The position numbers were made by a program, and so were the translations under genes. Shown here piece after piece: positions 40,468 through 49,343 of a stretch of DNA of 64,000 nucleotides (position 1 is the stretch's first letter; every line of letters begins with the position of its first letter). The stretch comes from Rhodobacter sp. GTDB lineage: Bacteria; Pseudomonadota; Alphaproteobacteria; Rhodobacterales; Rhodobacteraceae. The stretch lies in contig JAJEAY010000139.1 of assembly GCA_022824145.1 (NCBI GenBank), positions 9,781 to 73,780 on the forward strand, given 5' to 3'. Under the pieces are notes generated by a model. The model did no database searches, was not told the DNA's origin, and was given only the letters and a program-made list of their open reading frames with translations.

Positions 40468-40659
40468 TGTGCGCTCCGACAATGGTGCGATTCCCTAAAG
40501 TGTGCCACAATCCGAAATTTTATCAAACGGTAAAATTTTCCTTATCCATTTCGACCATCCACGACTGGGCACACCTGAAGCGGAAAGACGATCGCCCCTC
40601 TTTCCGGCAATTTGCCTTCACCGGTTTGCATCTTCGTTCTTCTGAGAGAGAGCGCTGCT

Positions 40660-41613
40660 TCACCCAAAATCCTTTACCGAGTCCCGGTGGATCGATCCAA
40701 GCATCTCTATCAACCACCTGTGAACAGAACTTTCCGCATCCCGCTGATGCCTCACGGCGCGCACGGAAAACGTGGGGCCTGAAAAGGGAAGAGACGCAAA
40801 CTGCAGATTGAACCTTGCTGCATATACCGCGGCAATCTTTCTTGGCAGCGTCGCAATCAGGTCCGAATGCTCCAGAACCGAAAGCGCCGGAAAGAACAGC
40901 GGCACGGTCGCGTGTACGTTTCTGTGAAGCCCAAGCGCATCCAGCGTGTAGTCGACAAGCCCTTTCGTCGCTCCGGCAGGCGCAACGAGGAGATGCGGCT
41001 GGTCCGCATATGCACGGACACTGCACTCGCCCTCAAAATACGGATGGCCAATCCTGCCAGTGACGACGTACTCCTCGACATAAAGATCCTCGGATATGTA
41101 AGGTCCGACCGGACCTCGGCCAGGAAGCGTTTCGAAAAACCCGATGGCCAGATCAACACGCCCTTGTACAAGGGCATTCAGCGCGTCGTCGCTTGAGAGG
41201 GTCAGAGAGGTTATGCTGATCCGGGGACCGACTCCAGCGGTACGGGCGATAAGCTGCGGCACAAGCGCAGCGAGTTCATAGTCGAATCCGGCTATCCTGA
41301 GCGAGATTTCGCTTGCCGACGGATCAAATTCCTTTGGTTCGACGAGCGAGTCCGAAATCGTCCGCACCGCGCGGCGGATCTTCGGTTCAAGTTCACGGGC
41401 GAAAGCTGTTGGCTCCAGGCCCTGGGCCTTTCGAAGAAAGAGTGGGTCACCGTACAATGCGCGCAGCCTTTTCAGGGCATGGCTGATTGCAGGCTGGGTG
41501 AGCCCCATTTCCCGCGCGACCGCAGTCGCTTTCCGATGACGCATCAGGCCCAGGAAAACGAGCAGTATGGTGCCGTCAATGAGGCGAAGTTCGATTTCAT
41601 TTATTTCTGTCAT
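40660..41613 (-). CDS. LysR-family transcriptional regulator
   Basis: N-terminal HTH ATAVAREMGLTQPAISHALKRLR. Length about 317 aa. Divergent from the ABC operon. Confidence 0.9.
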   Translation of the reverse strand: MTEINEIELRLIDGTILLVFLGLMRHRKATAVAREMGLTQPAISHALKRLRALYGDPLFLRKAQGLEPTAFARELEPKIRRAVRTISDSLVEPKEFDPSASEISLRIAGFDYELAALVPQLIARTAGVGPRISITSLTLSSDDALNALVQGRVDLAIGFFETLPGRGPVGPYISEDLYVEEYVVTGRIGHPYFEGECSVRAYADQPHLLVAPAGATKGLVDYTLDALGLHRNVHATVPLFFPALSVLEHSDLIATLPRKIAAVYAARFNLQFASLPFSGPTFSVRAVRHQRDAESSVHRWLIEMLGSIHRDSVKDFG

Positions 41614-41728
41614 CCACCATTTTCATTATCATTTATTTCTACAGATTGGTAGGCTCTCCAACCACAGAATTCTGATTTCATCCTGAACTGCGGCCCGCGG
41701 GCTGCAATTCACCAACAGGGAGGCAAGA

Positions 41729-42934
41729 ATGCTGATGAAACGACTTCTGGCCGCAGGTGCGATTGCGGTATTCGGAACGGGCGCCTACGCGGAATGCGCC
41801 TTTGAAAACTCAACGCCGGTCAGCATTTCGGCAGCCGCGTTCCAGGCATGGAAAGTCGCTACCGGCGCAATGGCTGAATGCGGGAATTTCTCGGCCGAAC
41901 TGAACCAGGAATTCCAGGAGAAACAGGCTGTTGGATTTGCGGCCAATCCGTCCCTTTATGCAATCGGCGGTGTGGAGAACTCGGCACTCGTCCCGCTTCA
42001 GGACGCAGGCCTGATCCGTCCGCTTGACGATCTCGTCGAGAAATTCGGATCCCAGCTGTCTCCCGCGCAGCTCATCAAGATCGACGGGCAGATCATGGCC
42101 ATCGCAATGATGGTCAACGCGCAGCACCTGATGTACCGGGAAGACATTCTAAACGATCTCGGAATCGAAGTTCCCCAGACTTACGAAGAGGTCATTGAGG
42201 CGGCTGCCAGAATCCAGGAGGCCGGAGTTGTCGACTATCCGCTCGGAGGAAGCTGGAAAACAACCTGGCTTGAATTCGTGAATATGTATCTCGGCTACGG
42301 AGGCGACTTTTTCCGGGATGGGTTCCAGCCCAACGTGAACAACGAAGACGGCGTGGCAGCACTGGAAATGATGAAGGCGCTCAGCGCGTATATGGACCCT
42401 GAATACCTGGTTGCGGACTCGACCTATACCCAACAGCAGTTCCAGAAGGGCAAGATCGCGATCGCCAACTTCTGGGCCAGTCGGGCGGACGCCGTGAACG
42501 ATCCCGCCGAAAGCGAGGTTGCGGGCAAGATCCGGTTTGCTTCCGCCCCTGCCCCTGTCGCTGGGAAAATTCCCGCGTCTACGCTCTGGTGGGACGGAAT
42601 CGTGATCGCCAAGAACATTCCTGACGATGTGGCCGAAGCCGCATTTCGCGTAGCGATGGAAGGCATTGATTCTGATATGGCAAATGCCAATCCCGACACG
42701 GCGATCTGGATCATCAATGGCTACACACCAGGTGAATTCGCCTCAGGTGCGACAGCCACCGCTGCGAAAGGAGCCCGTCCCTATCCGGCCTCCAGCCATA
42801 TGGGCATTATGCAGACAGCCATCGCCAACAACATCTCTGCCTATCTTAACGGCGGGAAGGACTCCGCCACGACACTGGCCGATATGGAATCGGACTATAT
42901 CGTCGCGGCCAAAGAAGCCGGAATACTGGAATAG
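41729..42934 (+). CDS. ABC transporter substrate-binding protein (family 1, CUT1 sugar type)
   Basis: Signal peptide MLMKRLLAAGAIAVFGTGAYA. Length about 400 aa. It is followed by MalF/MalG-type permeases. Confidence 0.85.
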   Translation: MLMKRLLAAGAIAVFGTGAYAECAFENSTPVSISAAAFQAWKVATGAMAECGNFSAELNQEFQEKQAVGFAANPSLYAIGGVENSALVPLQDAGLIRPLDDLVEKFGSQLSPAQLIKIDGQIMAIAMMVNAQHLMYREDILNDLGIEVPQTYEEVIEAAARIQEAGVVDYPLGGSWKTTWLEFVNMYLGYGGDFFRDGFQPNVNNEDGVAALEMMKALSAYMDPEYLVADSTYTQQQFQKGKIAIANFWASRADAVNDPAESEVAGKIRFASAPAPVAGKIPASTLWWDGIVIAKNIPDDVAEAAFRVAMEGIDSDMANANPDTAIWIINGYTPGEFASGATATAAKGARPYPASSHMGIMQTAIANNISAYLNGGKDSATTLADMESDYIVAAKEAGILE

Positions 42935-43010
42935 CCCGGTGCCCCCTAGCCTGAGCGGGCAATTGGCCGCTCAGAATCGACGAGATCTCAGTCTCTGAGG
43001 ATTCTGGTAC

Positions 43011-43991
43011 ATGTCCCTTTCAAACGCAAAAATGCGGGCCTGGGCGCTTGCCGCCGGGATGAACGCTGAGCGGACCCTGTTCACGGATGGTATGAGGTTC
43101 TTCGGGCCTGCGCCAATCGGGGATCTGGTCGGTTCCGAAACATTTGAAACGGCCGTGCTGGAACCGGTAAGGAAAGCGATGCCAGGCGCCCGAAAACGGC
43201 CATACCTTTACTTCGGCGGCGAGCACCTAGGTCATGTCTGGGTCGGCGCCACCGGGAATATCGAAGGCGAAATGCGGTCGTCCTTGTTCGGCATCCCGCC
43301 TGGTGAGGGGCTGCGGAAGCTGCGGTTCGGCGAATTCTACAAATTCGAAGATGACCGAATCTGCGAAATCCGCTGCCTGCTCGACATTCCCGGACTTGCG
43401 GCACAGGCGGGAATCGAACTGTTCCCGCGCTTCGACGGCAAAGCGCATGTACCGGAAGGTCCTCCTGACAGGATCGGCATCGTCAGTACGCCGCAGGATG
43501 CCGGTTTGACGGAAATGACCCGAAGCCTTGTGCATGACATGATCGTAACTGGCTGCAACCGGCTCGAAGGCAGCGATATGGAATCGCAGGGGCTGGAACG
43601 CTACTGGCGTTCGGACATGGCCTGGCACGGACCCTGGGGCGTTGGGTCAGCGTCAGGACTGGATGAATTCTACGCCTTCGCCCAAGGACCGTCGGTGCGG
43701 TCGTTCCCAGGGCGCCGCGGCTCCTGGCCCAAGGAAGCCTTCATCGCGGAGGGACCGGTTGCGGGATTTGCAGGATGGCCGTCATTCATCGGAAACTTCA
43801 CCGGCGAGCCGTTTCGCGGAATCGCTCCGACCGGCGGGCCGATCTCAAAAAACGTGATGGACTTTTACACCGCCAGCGGAAACCGCCTCTCGGAAAACTG
43901 GGTGCTGATCGACCTTATCAGGTTCGCGTCGGACTGCGGCGTGGACCTCATGGCGCAGATGCCCGAGGATCCAGCACCAGCTGCGCCATGA
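43011..43991 (+). CDS. Tandem SnoaL/NTF2-like (ester-cyclase family) protein
   Basis: Two repeats of about 155 aa, each ending in the ester-cyclase pattern. First repeat: ..GIPPGEGLRKLRFGEFYKFEDDRICEIRCLLDIPGLAAQAG. Second repeat: ..GIAPTGGPISKNVMDFYTASGNRLSENWVLIDLIRFASDCG. GAGGA lies 10 nt upstream of the ATG. Confidence 0.65.
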   Translation: MSLSNAKMRAWALAAGMNAERTLFTDGMRFFGPAPIGDLVGSETFETAVLEPVRKAMPGARKRPYLYFGGEHLGHVWVGATGNIEGEMRSSLFGIPPGEGLRKLRFGEFYKFEDDRICEIRCLLDIPGLAAQAGIELFPRFDGKAHVPEGPPDRIGIVSTPQDAGLTEMTRSLVHDMIVTGCNRLEGSDMESQGLERYWRSDMAWHGPWGVGSASGLDEFYAFAQGPSVRSFPGRRGSWPKEAFIAEGPVAGFAGWPSFIGNFTGEPFRGIAPTGGPISKNVMDFYTASGNRLSENWVLIDLIRFASDCGVDLMAQMPEDPAPAAP

Positions 43992-44000
43992 GGTGACGCG

Positions 44001-45026
44001 ATGAAAGCCAGGACATTCGCTTGGTTTGTGGGCCCTTCCGTCCTGTTGATGCTTCTCTTCATCGCCGCGCCGCTGGTTTCTGTCCTGGTCCAGAGCTTCT
44101 ATGTAACCGCGCCGGTGCTTGAGACGGTTGTTGTCGAAACCTGCACTCCCGGCTTTACGGGCCAGATCTGCGAGACCGCGACCCAAACCCGGCCGCTGAT
44201 TGACGGAAACGGAAAGGTCATCACGACAACGGAGTTCGTAGGCCTCCAGAGCTATCGAAACGTCCTCGAAACCGAGAGGACGCTTGCCGCGCTTTCCAGT
44301 TGGGACTTCCGCGAGTTCCTGTCCATCGACTTCTGGAAAGCCCTGCGCTTCACGCTGACCTTCACCTTCATCACTCTGCCGATCATGCTGGTCACCGGCC
44401 TCGGCATCGCGCTCGCCGTCAACATGGCGACCGCAAGAATACGTGGCCAGGTGATTTTCGTCTCACTGCTTCCCTTCATAATCACGCCGGTGATCGGAGC
44501 TCTGTCGATCAAGTGGCTGTTCATCGGCGACGGAATCCTCACAGCGCTCATTGAATGGTGGCTGGCGCGCGACATCGCCCTGTTCGCTCAGGCATGGACC
44601 ATCGAAATACTCCTGCTCTCTTACCGTGTCTGGCATGTGTCTCCATTCGCATTCGTGGTGTTCTACGCAGGCCTCCAGACTCTGAACATGGACAGCGTAG
44701 AGAGCGCGATCATCGACGGCGCTACGCGCTGGCAGAGGCTGAGGTATATCGTCATCCCGCATCTGATGCCGCTCATCGTTTTCCTTACTGTCATCCATCT
44801 CATGGACAGCTACCGTGTCTTCGAGGAAATCGTTGGATTCGCGTCGGAAAACCATGTCATCAGCCTGCAGTGGATCACTTATGACCTGCTGACGCCTGAC
44901 GATGCCGGCAACCGGTCGATAAGCCGGGCTTCCGCTTCCTCCATGCTGACGATGATCGGGATCGTGATCCTGCTGGTATTCCCGCTGCGCCAGACATGGC
45001 GGGACTATTTCGGGAAGGCGGCGTGA
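44001..45026 (+). CDS. Sugar-type ABC permease (MalF-like)
   Basis: MKARTFAWFVGPSVLLMLLFIAAPL N-terminus and multi-TM BPD_transp_1 architecture. Confidence 0.9.
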   Translation: MKARTFAWFVGPSVLLMLLFIAAPLVSVLVQSFYVTAPVLETVVVETCTPGFTGQICETATQTRPLIDGNGKVITTTEFVGLQSYRNVLETERTLAALSSWDFREFLSIDFWKALRFTLTFTFITLPIMLVTGLGIALAVNMATARIRGQVIFVSLLPFIITPVIGALSIKWLFIGDGILTALIEWWLARDIALFAQAWTIEILLLSYRVWHVSPFAFVVFYAGLQTLNMDSVESAIIDGATRWQRLRYIVIPHLMPLIVFLTVIHLMDSYRVFEEIVGFASENHVISLQWITYDLLTPDDAGNRSISRASASSMLTMIGIVILLVFPLRQTWRDYFGKAA

Positions 45027-45027
45027 C

Positions 45028-46185
45028 GTGACCCAGTCCCGAGCCCTTCGTCCGTCTCTCTCGCTTAGGCTTTTCGGATTCAGCTTTCTCGGCTTCTGGT
45101 GCCTGATCGCGGCCTTCCCGATCTTCTGGATAACGGTCATGAGCCTCAAAGATCCGATTGACGCGTTTTCCTCCAATCCTCTTACCGTGATTTTCGGCGA
45201 CGCCACCCGCTTTACCGGACTTGGCCTGTCGCCCTTCGGAATGGCAGTGATCGGGCTGGCGTTTTACTTTGCCCTGCGGGTGGCACGGCGTTCCGTACTG
45301 GCCTGGACCGCCGCGCTGGAACCAAAGAGCGGACGCATCAACGGTTGGATCGTCGCGATTCTGGCATTCGCTGTGATGTGTGCGGTCGCGTCCCTGTTGA
45401 TCCTGCCGGCGGTTATCGGACTGGTGAACCCCTGGCTCGGCGCGTTGGGGCGCCCGATCCTTGGCCTCACGGCCGAACACTACATTTCGGTATGGATCGA
45501 CGGCGAATTCTACCGGAACTTCATCAATTCCATGATCGTGACCTCTGGTGTCGTCGCGATTTCACTCAGTGTCGGAACACTGGCCGGATTCGGATTGGCC
45601 CGCAGCAGAATGAAGATCGCATTCTGGATTCTGATCGCGGCGCTCGTTTTCCGCGCCCTTCCCCATTCTGTCCTGGTCGCCGGTTACCTGCCGGTCTTCG
45701 TGAATTCTTCCGATATTCTGCGACCGCTGCTCGGAGAGGCCGCGCCGACGTATTACGGCAAGCCGCTGCCGGTTATTTTCGCGCTGGTTGCGATCAACCA
45801 GCCGTTCACGATCTGGATGCTGCGGTCGTTCTTCGCCTCGATCCCATCGGATCTTGACGAAGCGGCCCGCGTCGACGGTTGCACCTATTTTCAGGCATTT
45901 CGGCTTGTGATCATCCCGGTCATGTGGCCGGGGGTCGTGACGACCGGCCTGTTCAGCTTCCTTCTGGGCTACAACGATTTCCTGGTCACCTCATTGCTGC
46001 TTGACGCCCAGAACCAGACGATGGTTCCGGCAATCACGAGTTTCTTCAACCGGGAAACCACTTCCACGGATCAGGTGCAGGCCGTCGCGGCTGCGGTTTC
46101 GATCACCGCTCCGCTGTTCTTTCTTGTGATGGTGTTCCAGAAGCAGATTGTCAGCGGGCTCACGGCAGGCGCGGTCAAGGGATGA
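45028..46185 (+). CDS. Sugar-type ABC permease (MalG-like, extended)
   Basis: GTG start 1 nt after the upstream stop. EAA-loop region ..DLDEAARVDGCTYFQAFRLVIIP... Confidence 0.88.
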   Translation: MTQSRALRPSLSLRLFGFSFLGFWCLIAAFPIFWITVMSLKDPIDAFSSNPLTVIFGDATRFTGLGLSPFGMAVIGLAFYFALRVARRSVLAWTAALEPKSGRINGWIVAILAFAVMCAVASLLILPAVIGLVNPWLGALGRPILGLTAEHYISVWIDGEFYRNFINSMIVTSGVVAISLSVGTLAGFGLARSRMKIAFWILIAALVFRALPHSVLVAGYLPVFVNSSDILRPLLGEAAPTYYGKPLPVIFALVAINQPFTIWMLRSFFASIPSDLDEAARVDGCTYFQAFRLVIIPVMWPGVVTTGLFSFLLGYNDFLVTSLLLDAQNQTMVPAITSFFNRETTSTDQVQAVAAAVSITAPLFFLVMVFQKQIVSGLTAGAVKG

Positions 46186-46440
46186 CCCGGTGAACGTCAG
46201 GCATCAAAGTAGAAACCCGGATTTTCTTCAGGACTCCGTTTCTGCGGTTAGACGGGTACGGGACTGTCCCGGATCGCGGATGTTTGCCCCGCAAGCCGTT
46301 CCCGGCTGCCAAATCGGGTGGTGCTGATTTCCGTAATCTCAGAGTACGTCACGTGCCGAACTTCGCGCCAACGGATTGACGTGGCTGGAAGGCGCCGCAC
46401 GGGCATCCAACATTTCTGGCAGTACCGACGGCATATAGTC
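46183..46440 (+). repeat. Copy A of a diverged ~250-bp non-coding segment, repeated at 58959-59160
   Basis: Shared strings in the same order: TGACCCGG, GTCAGGCAT (46196 / 58972), GATTTT.T.CAGGACTCCGTTT (CAGGACTCCGTTT at 46229 / 59003), GTTTGCCC, TTCCGT, AAGGCGCCG. Confidence 0.5.
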
Positions 46441-46782
46441 TCCTGAAGACGAACAGCTTCGGAGCACGCCCTTTCGGCACCGGAAGCAGTAGACTGCCAT
46501 GGCAAAAGACTCCCTTTGCTCCACGGTCAGCGGTGAACCGGAATCATCGGCAGTGTTCGGTAAGCCGGTCCCGGGAATGCCACCTTGCGCCAAAGTATAT
46601 TTGGGCCTCAAGACAGCGTCCAACGGCCGGATATTCTCTGCAGCGATGGCAATAGGGATGTTCCCTTGCGTTCGAACCGCCCCACCTTTGCAAGCGATGG
46701 CAACCGAAACCTGATTGGCCACCTGTCACCGGCATATTCCGGGCCGGCAACGGCCGAACCGATGCCGGGCAAATCTCGTCCG

Positions 46783-47625
46783 TCAGAACGGCGCCATTTG
46801 ATTCTGCAGCCGGTACTGCCTCGGCGTCACTCCGTACTGCGTCCTGAACAGCCTGTAGAAGTAGCTTAGGTTCTCGATTCCGCATGCCCGTGCCACCTCT
46901 GGAATCGGCAGCTTTCCATGACCGAGCAGCAGGGCGGAGTGCTCGATCCGGACTCTATTCACAAGCTCCGAAGGCGTGATGCCAAGTTCCGCCTGCGTCA
47001 CCCGGCAGACATGCTCATGGCTTCGCCCGGCCGCTCGGACGAAAGCCGCCGCCCCACCACGGAACACGGCAGGGTCGCGAACCGCCTGGCACGCCGCTGA
47101 AAACCATCTCGGCGCCGCGCTGTTGGAATGTGCGCTCCGTTCAACAACCCGATTCGTCAGCGTAAGAAGGAATTCCTCGATCCTCGCGAGCGATCTGATC
47201 GACGTACCCAGCTCCTGCGCCACATTGACGGCGCGCTCGAACCGCGAGCCGAATATTTCATACGCTTCGGGGAGATCGCCGTCCCAGTCAAAAAACCTTC
47301 CTCTGAATTCATCAGGATAGCGATGAACCAAATGCGCCGCTGTCTCCGCCCGAAACATGACATTGATGATCTGGCATCCGGTTTCCCTGTCGGCCCGGAA
47401 CGCATGGGCGTCCTGCGGCCGAACGAATGCCAGATGCCCCTGTTCCAGACACTGAACCTCGCCGTTGATCCAGTGCAACGCCCCGCCGCGCTCAATCAGG
47501 AACACCTCAAAGCAGTCGTGATCATGCGCCTTTTCCGGAAACCTTACGTCAAGAGATTTTCGCGCGTAGTGGAATGACTCCCGCTCGTTCAGGTAATCGC
47601 CGGCTCTGAACCGAATGATCTCCAT
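46783..47625 (-). CDS. AraC-family transcriptional regulator (cupin + HTH)
   Basis: C-terminal HTH ..EVARACGIENLSYFYRLFRTQYGVTPRQYR. The ATG at 47625 gives MEIIRFRAGDY. Confidence 0.9.
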   Translation of the reverse strand: MEIIRFRAGDYLNERESFHYARKSLDVRFPEKAHDHDCFEVFLIERGGALHWINGEVQCLEQGHLAFVRPQDAHAFRADRETGCQIINVMFRAETAAHLVHRYPDEFRGRFFDWDGDLPEAYEIFGSRFERAVNVAQELGTSIRSLARIEEFLLTLTNRVVERSAHSNSAAPRWFSAACQAVRDPAVFRGGAAAFVRAAGRSHEHVCRVTQAELGITPSELVNRVRIEHSALLLGHGKLPIPEVARACGIENLSYFYRLFRTQYGVTPRQYRLQNQMAPF

Positions 47626-47642
47626 AAGGCAAACCCCGACAA

Positions 47643-47660
47643 GAATTCCGTGAATTCCGC
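47643..47660. promoter_or_regulatory. Tandem 9-bp direct repeat GAATTCCGT GAATTCCGC in the araC/phyH divergent region
   Basis: Read directly. It is followed by TCAAAATCAAAATA (47664-47677). AraC regulators commonly bind direct repeats. Confidence 0.3.
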
Positions 47661-47752
47661 CAGTCAAAATCAAAATAGGACAGGAAAATGTCAAGTGGTG
47701 GCCATGCACCGCTGAATTTTTTCGGTAAATTGTACCGCTACGGGAGGAGAGA

Positions 47753-48577
47753 ATGCTCGACGGGTTCAGGGATCTCAGCTTCAGGCCGGTTCGTAACGAC
47801 GCGCCTCTCCGCCTGACACAGTCCCAGATCGACGGCTACAACCGCATGGGGTTCGCCCAGCCCTTCAGCATTTTCACCGAGCCAGAGATTGCCCGCATCC
47901 GCGCCTATGTCGACCGCCTGATGGCTGACATGGGCGAAGAAGGCGGCTACGGCATCAACTGCTACCAGGCAAGGCTTTCGGGACTCTGGGACATCGCGAC
48001 CGACCCGCGCATCCTGGACCATGTTCAGGACATCATAGGTCCGAACATACTTTGCTGGGCCACCGCGATTCTGTCCAAAGCTCCCCATGACCCGAAGGCT
48101 GTTCCGTGGCATCAGGACGCCGCGTTCTGGTGCCTGGCTCCCGCGCGGACGGTTACGGTCTGGCTCGCGGTCGACGAAGCCAACGAAGCCAATTCCGCCA
48201 TGCGTTTCATTCCCGGAACACACGCCGGAGGCGCGCTGAAGCTCCGGCCTACATCCGGCGACAGCGTGTTCCACATCGAGACCGACGGCGCCGATGGACT
48301 GGGCGAGCCCTTCACCAACACACTGAAAGCAGGCCAGATATCGCTCCATGCGGACATGCTGGTACATGGCAGCTTGCCGAACAGGTCCAGCCGGCGACGC
48401 TGCGGGCTCACCCTTCGCTACTGCCCTCCGGAGGTGCGGATCACCGACGGATCATGGGCACAAGGCGTCGAAGCCATTCTATGCCGCGGTGACGCCGGCG
48501 GCTGGCGGACCTGTCCCCGACCGGACAACGACGATATTTCGAAAACTTCAAGCCCGCATGTCGTGGGAAACAACTAG
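47753..48577 (+). CDS. Phytanoyl-CoA dioxygenase (PhyH) family Fe(II)/2-oxoglutarate dioxygenase
   Basis: WHQDAAFW (HxD) and distal ..HADMLVHGSLPNRS... GGGAGGAGA RBS upstream of the ATG at 47753. Confidence 0.88.
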   Translation: MLDGFRDLSFRPVRNDAPLRLTQSQIDGYNRMGFAQPFSIFTEPEIARIRAYVDRLMADMGEEGGYGINCYQARLSGLWDIATDPRILDHVQDIIGPNILCWATAILSKAPHDPKAVPWHQDAAFWCLAPARTVTVWLAVDEANEANSAMRFIPGTHAGGALKLRPTSGDSVFHIETDGADGLGEPFTNTLKAGQISLHADMLVHGSLPNRSSRRRCGLTLRYCPPEVRITDGSWAQGVEAILCRGDAGGWRTCPRPDNDDISKTSSPHVVGNN

Positions 48578-48592
48578 GAAGGGCCTCCCGCG

Positions 48593-49273
48593 ATGAGGAT
48601 CAGATGGTACGGACATGCTGCATTCGGCTTGTTTCCGGATGAAGGTCCAAGCATCATTACCGATCCCTACACGCCTGACGCGGTCGGATACGCTCCGATC
48701 AAGGACGCGGCTGATCTCGTTCTGATATCGTCCAATGACGACGATGCGCATTGCCGGGCCGACCTGGTCTCCGGCGACCCAGTGGTCGTGAATACTCTGG
48801 AAACCGCGCGCGGCGGCGGCAGCGCGGATGTCCTTGGCATCCGGATCAGGGCCATCGAAGCGGCGGAATGGCATCTTCATCCGGATCACGAAGTGCCGGG
48901 CCAGAACGGCATGTGCAGGTTCAGCCTCGAGGGACTCGACTTCGCGCATATGGGAGATGTCGGCAACCCATTGACCGACACACAGCAGGCCTTCTTCGAA
49001 GGAAGCGACGTCCTCTTCGCCCTCGCTGGAGGCTACCTCACAATTGAACTGCCCGATCTGATGGAGATGATCCATCGCACGAGGCCGCGGCTGGTCATCC
49101 CGATGCACTTCCGAACCCTCGCCTACAAACCGCGCAACACCATGTGGATCGAGAGCTTTCTTTCCCATTTCAAGGAGGAAGACATCGATTTCGCGTTTTC
49201 GTCGGAGATCGAAATTGAACGGAAGGACTTGCCGGAACGCACCCGCGTCCTGGTCATGGACTACGTCCGGTAG
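48593..49273 (+). CDS. MBL-fold metallo-hydrolase (UPF0173-like)
   Basis: MRIRWYGHAAFGL.. N-terminus is typical of this MBL subgroup. Length 226 aa. Confidence 0.8.
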   Translation: MRIRWYGHAAFGLFPDEGPSIITDPYTPDAVGYAPIKDAADLVLISSNDDDAHCRADLVSGDPVVVNTLETARGGGSADVLGIRIRAIEAAEWHLHPDHEVPGQNGMCRFSLEGLDFAHMGDVGNPLTDTQQAFFEGSDVLFALAGGYLTIELPDLMEMIHRTRPRLVIPMHFRTLAYKPRNTMWIESFLSHFKEEDIDFAFSSEIEIERKDLPERTRVLVMDYVR

Positions 49274-49343
49274 GACGCAGAACCGGGCCTTGCCGGCCCA
49301 ATCGAACCGGGGCTCCTGCCCCGCCGAACACAGGGAGACAGAA

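Noticed and set aside
46339-46722. 127-aa minus-strand ORF in the 600-bp spacer between the MalG-like permease and the AraC gene.
   Set aside because: It has no motifs, and it overlaps the diverged non-coding repeat also found after the GH38 gene. The spacer more likely holds decayed DNA than a gene.
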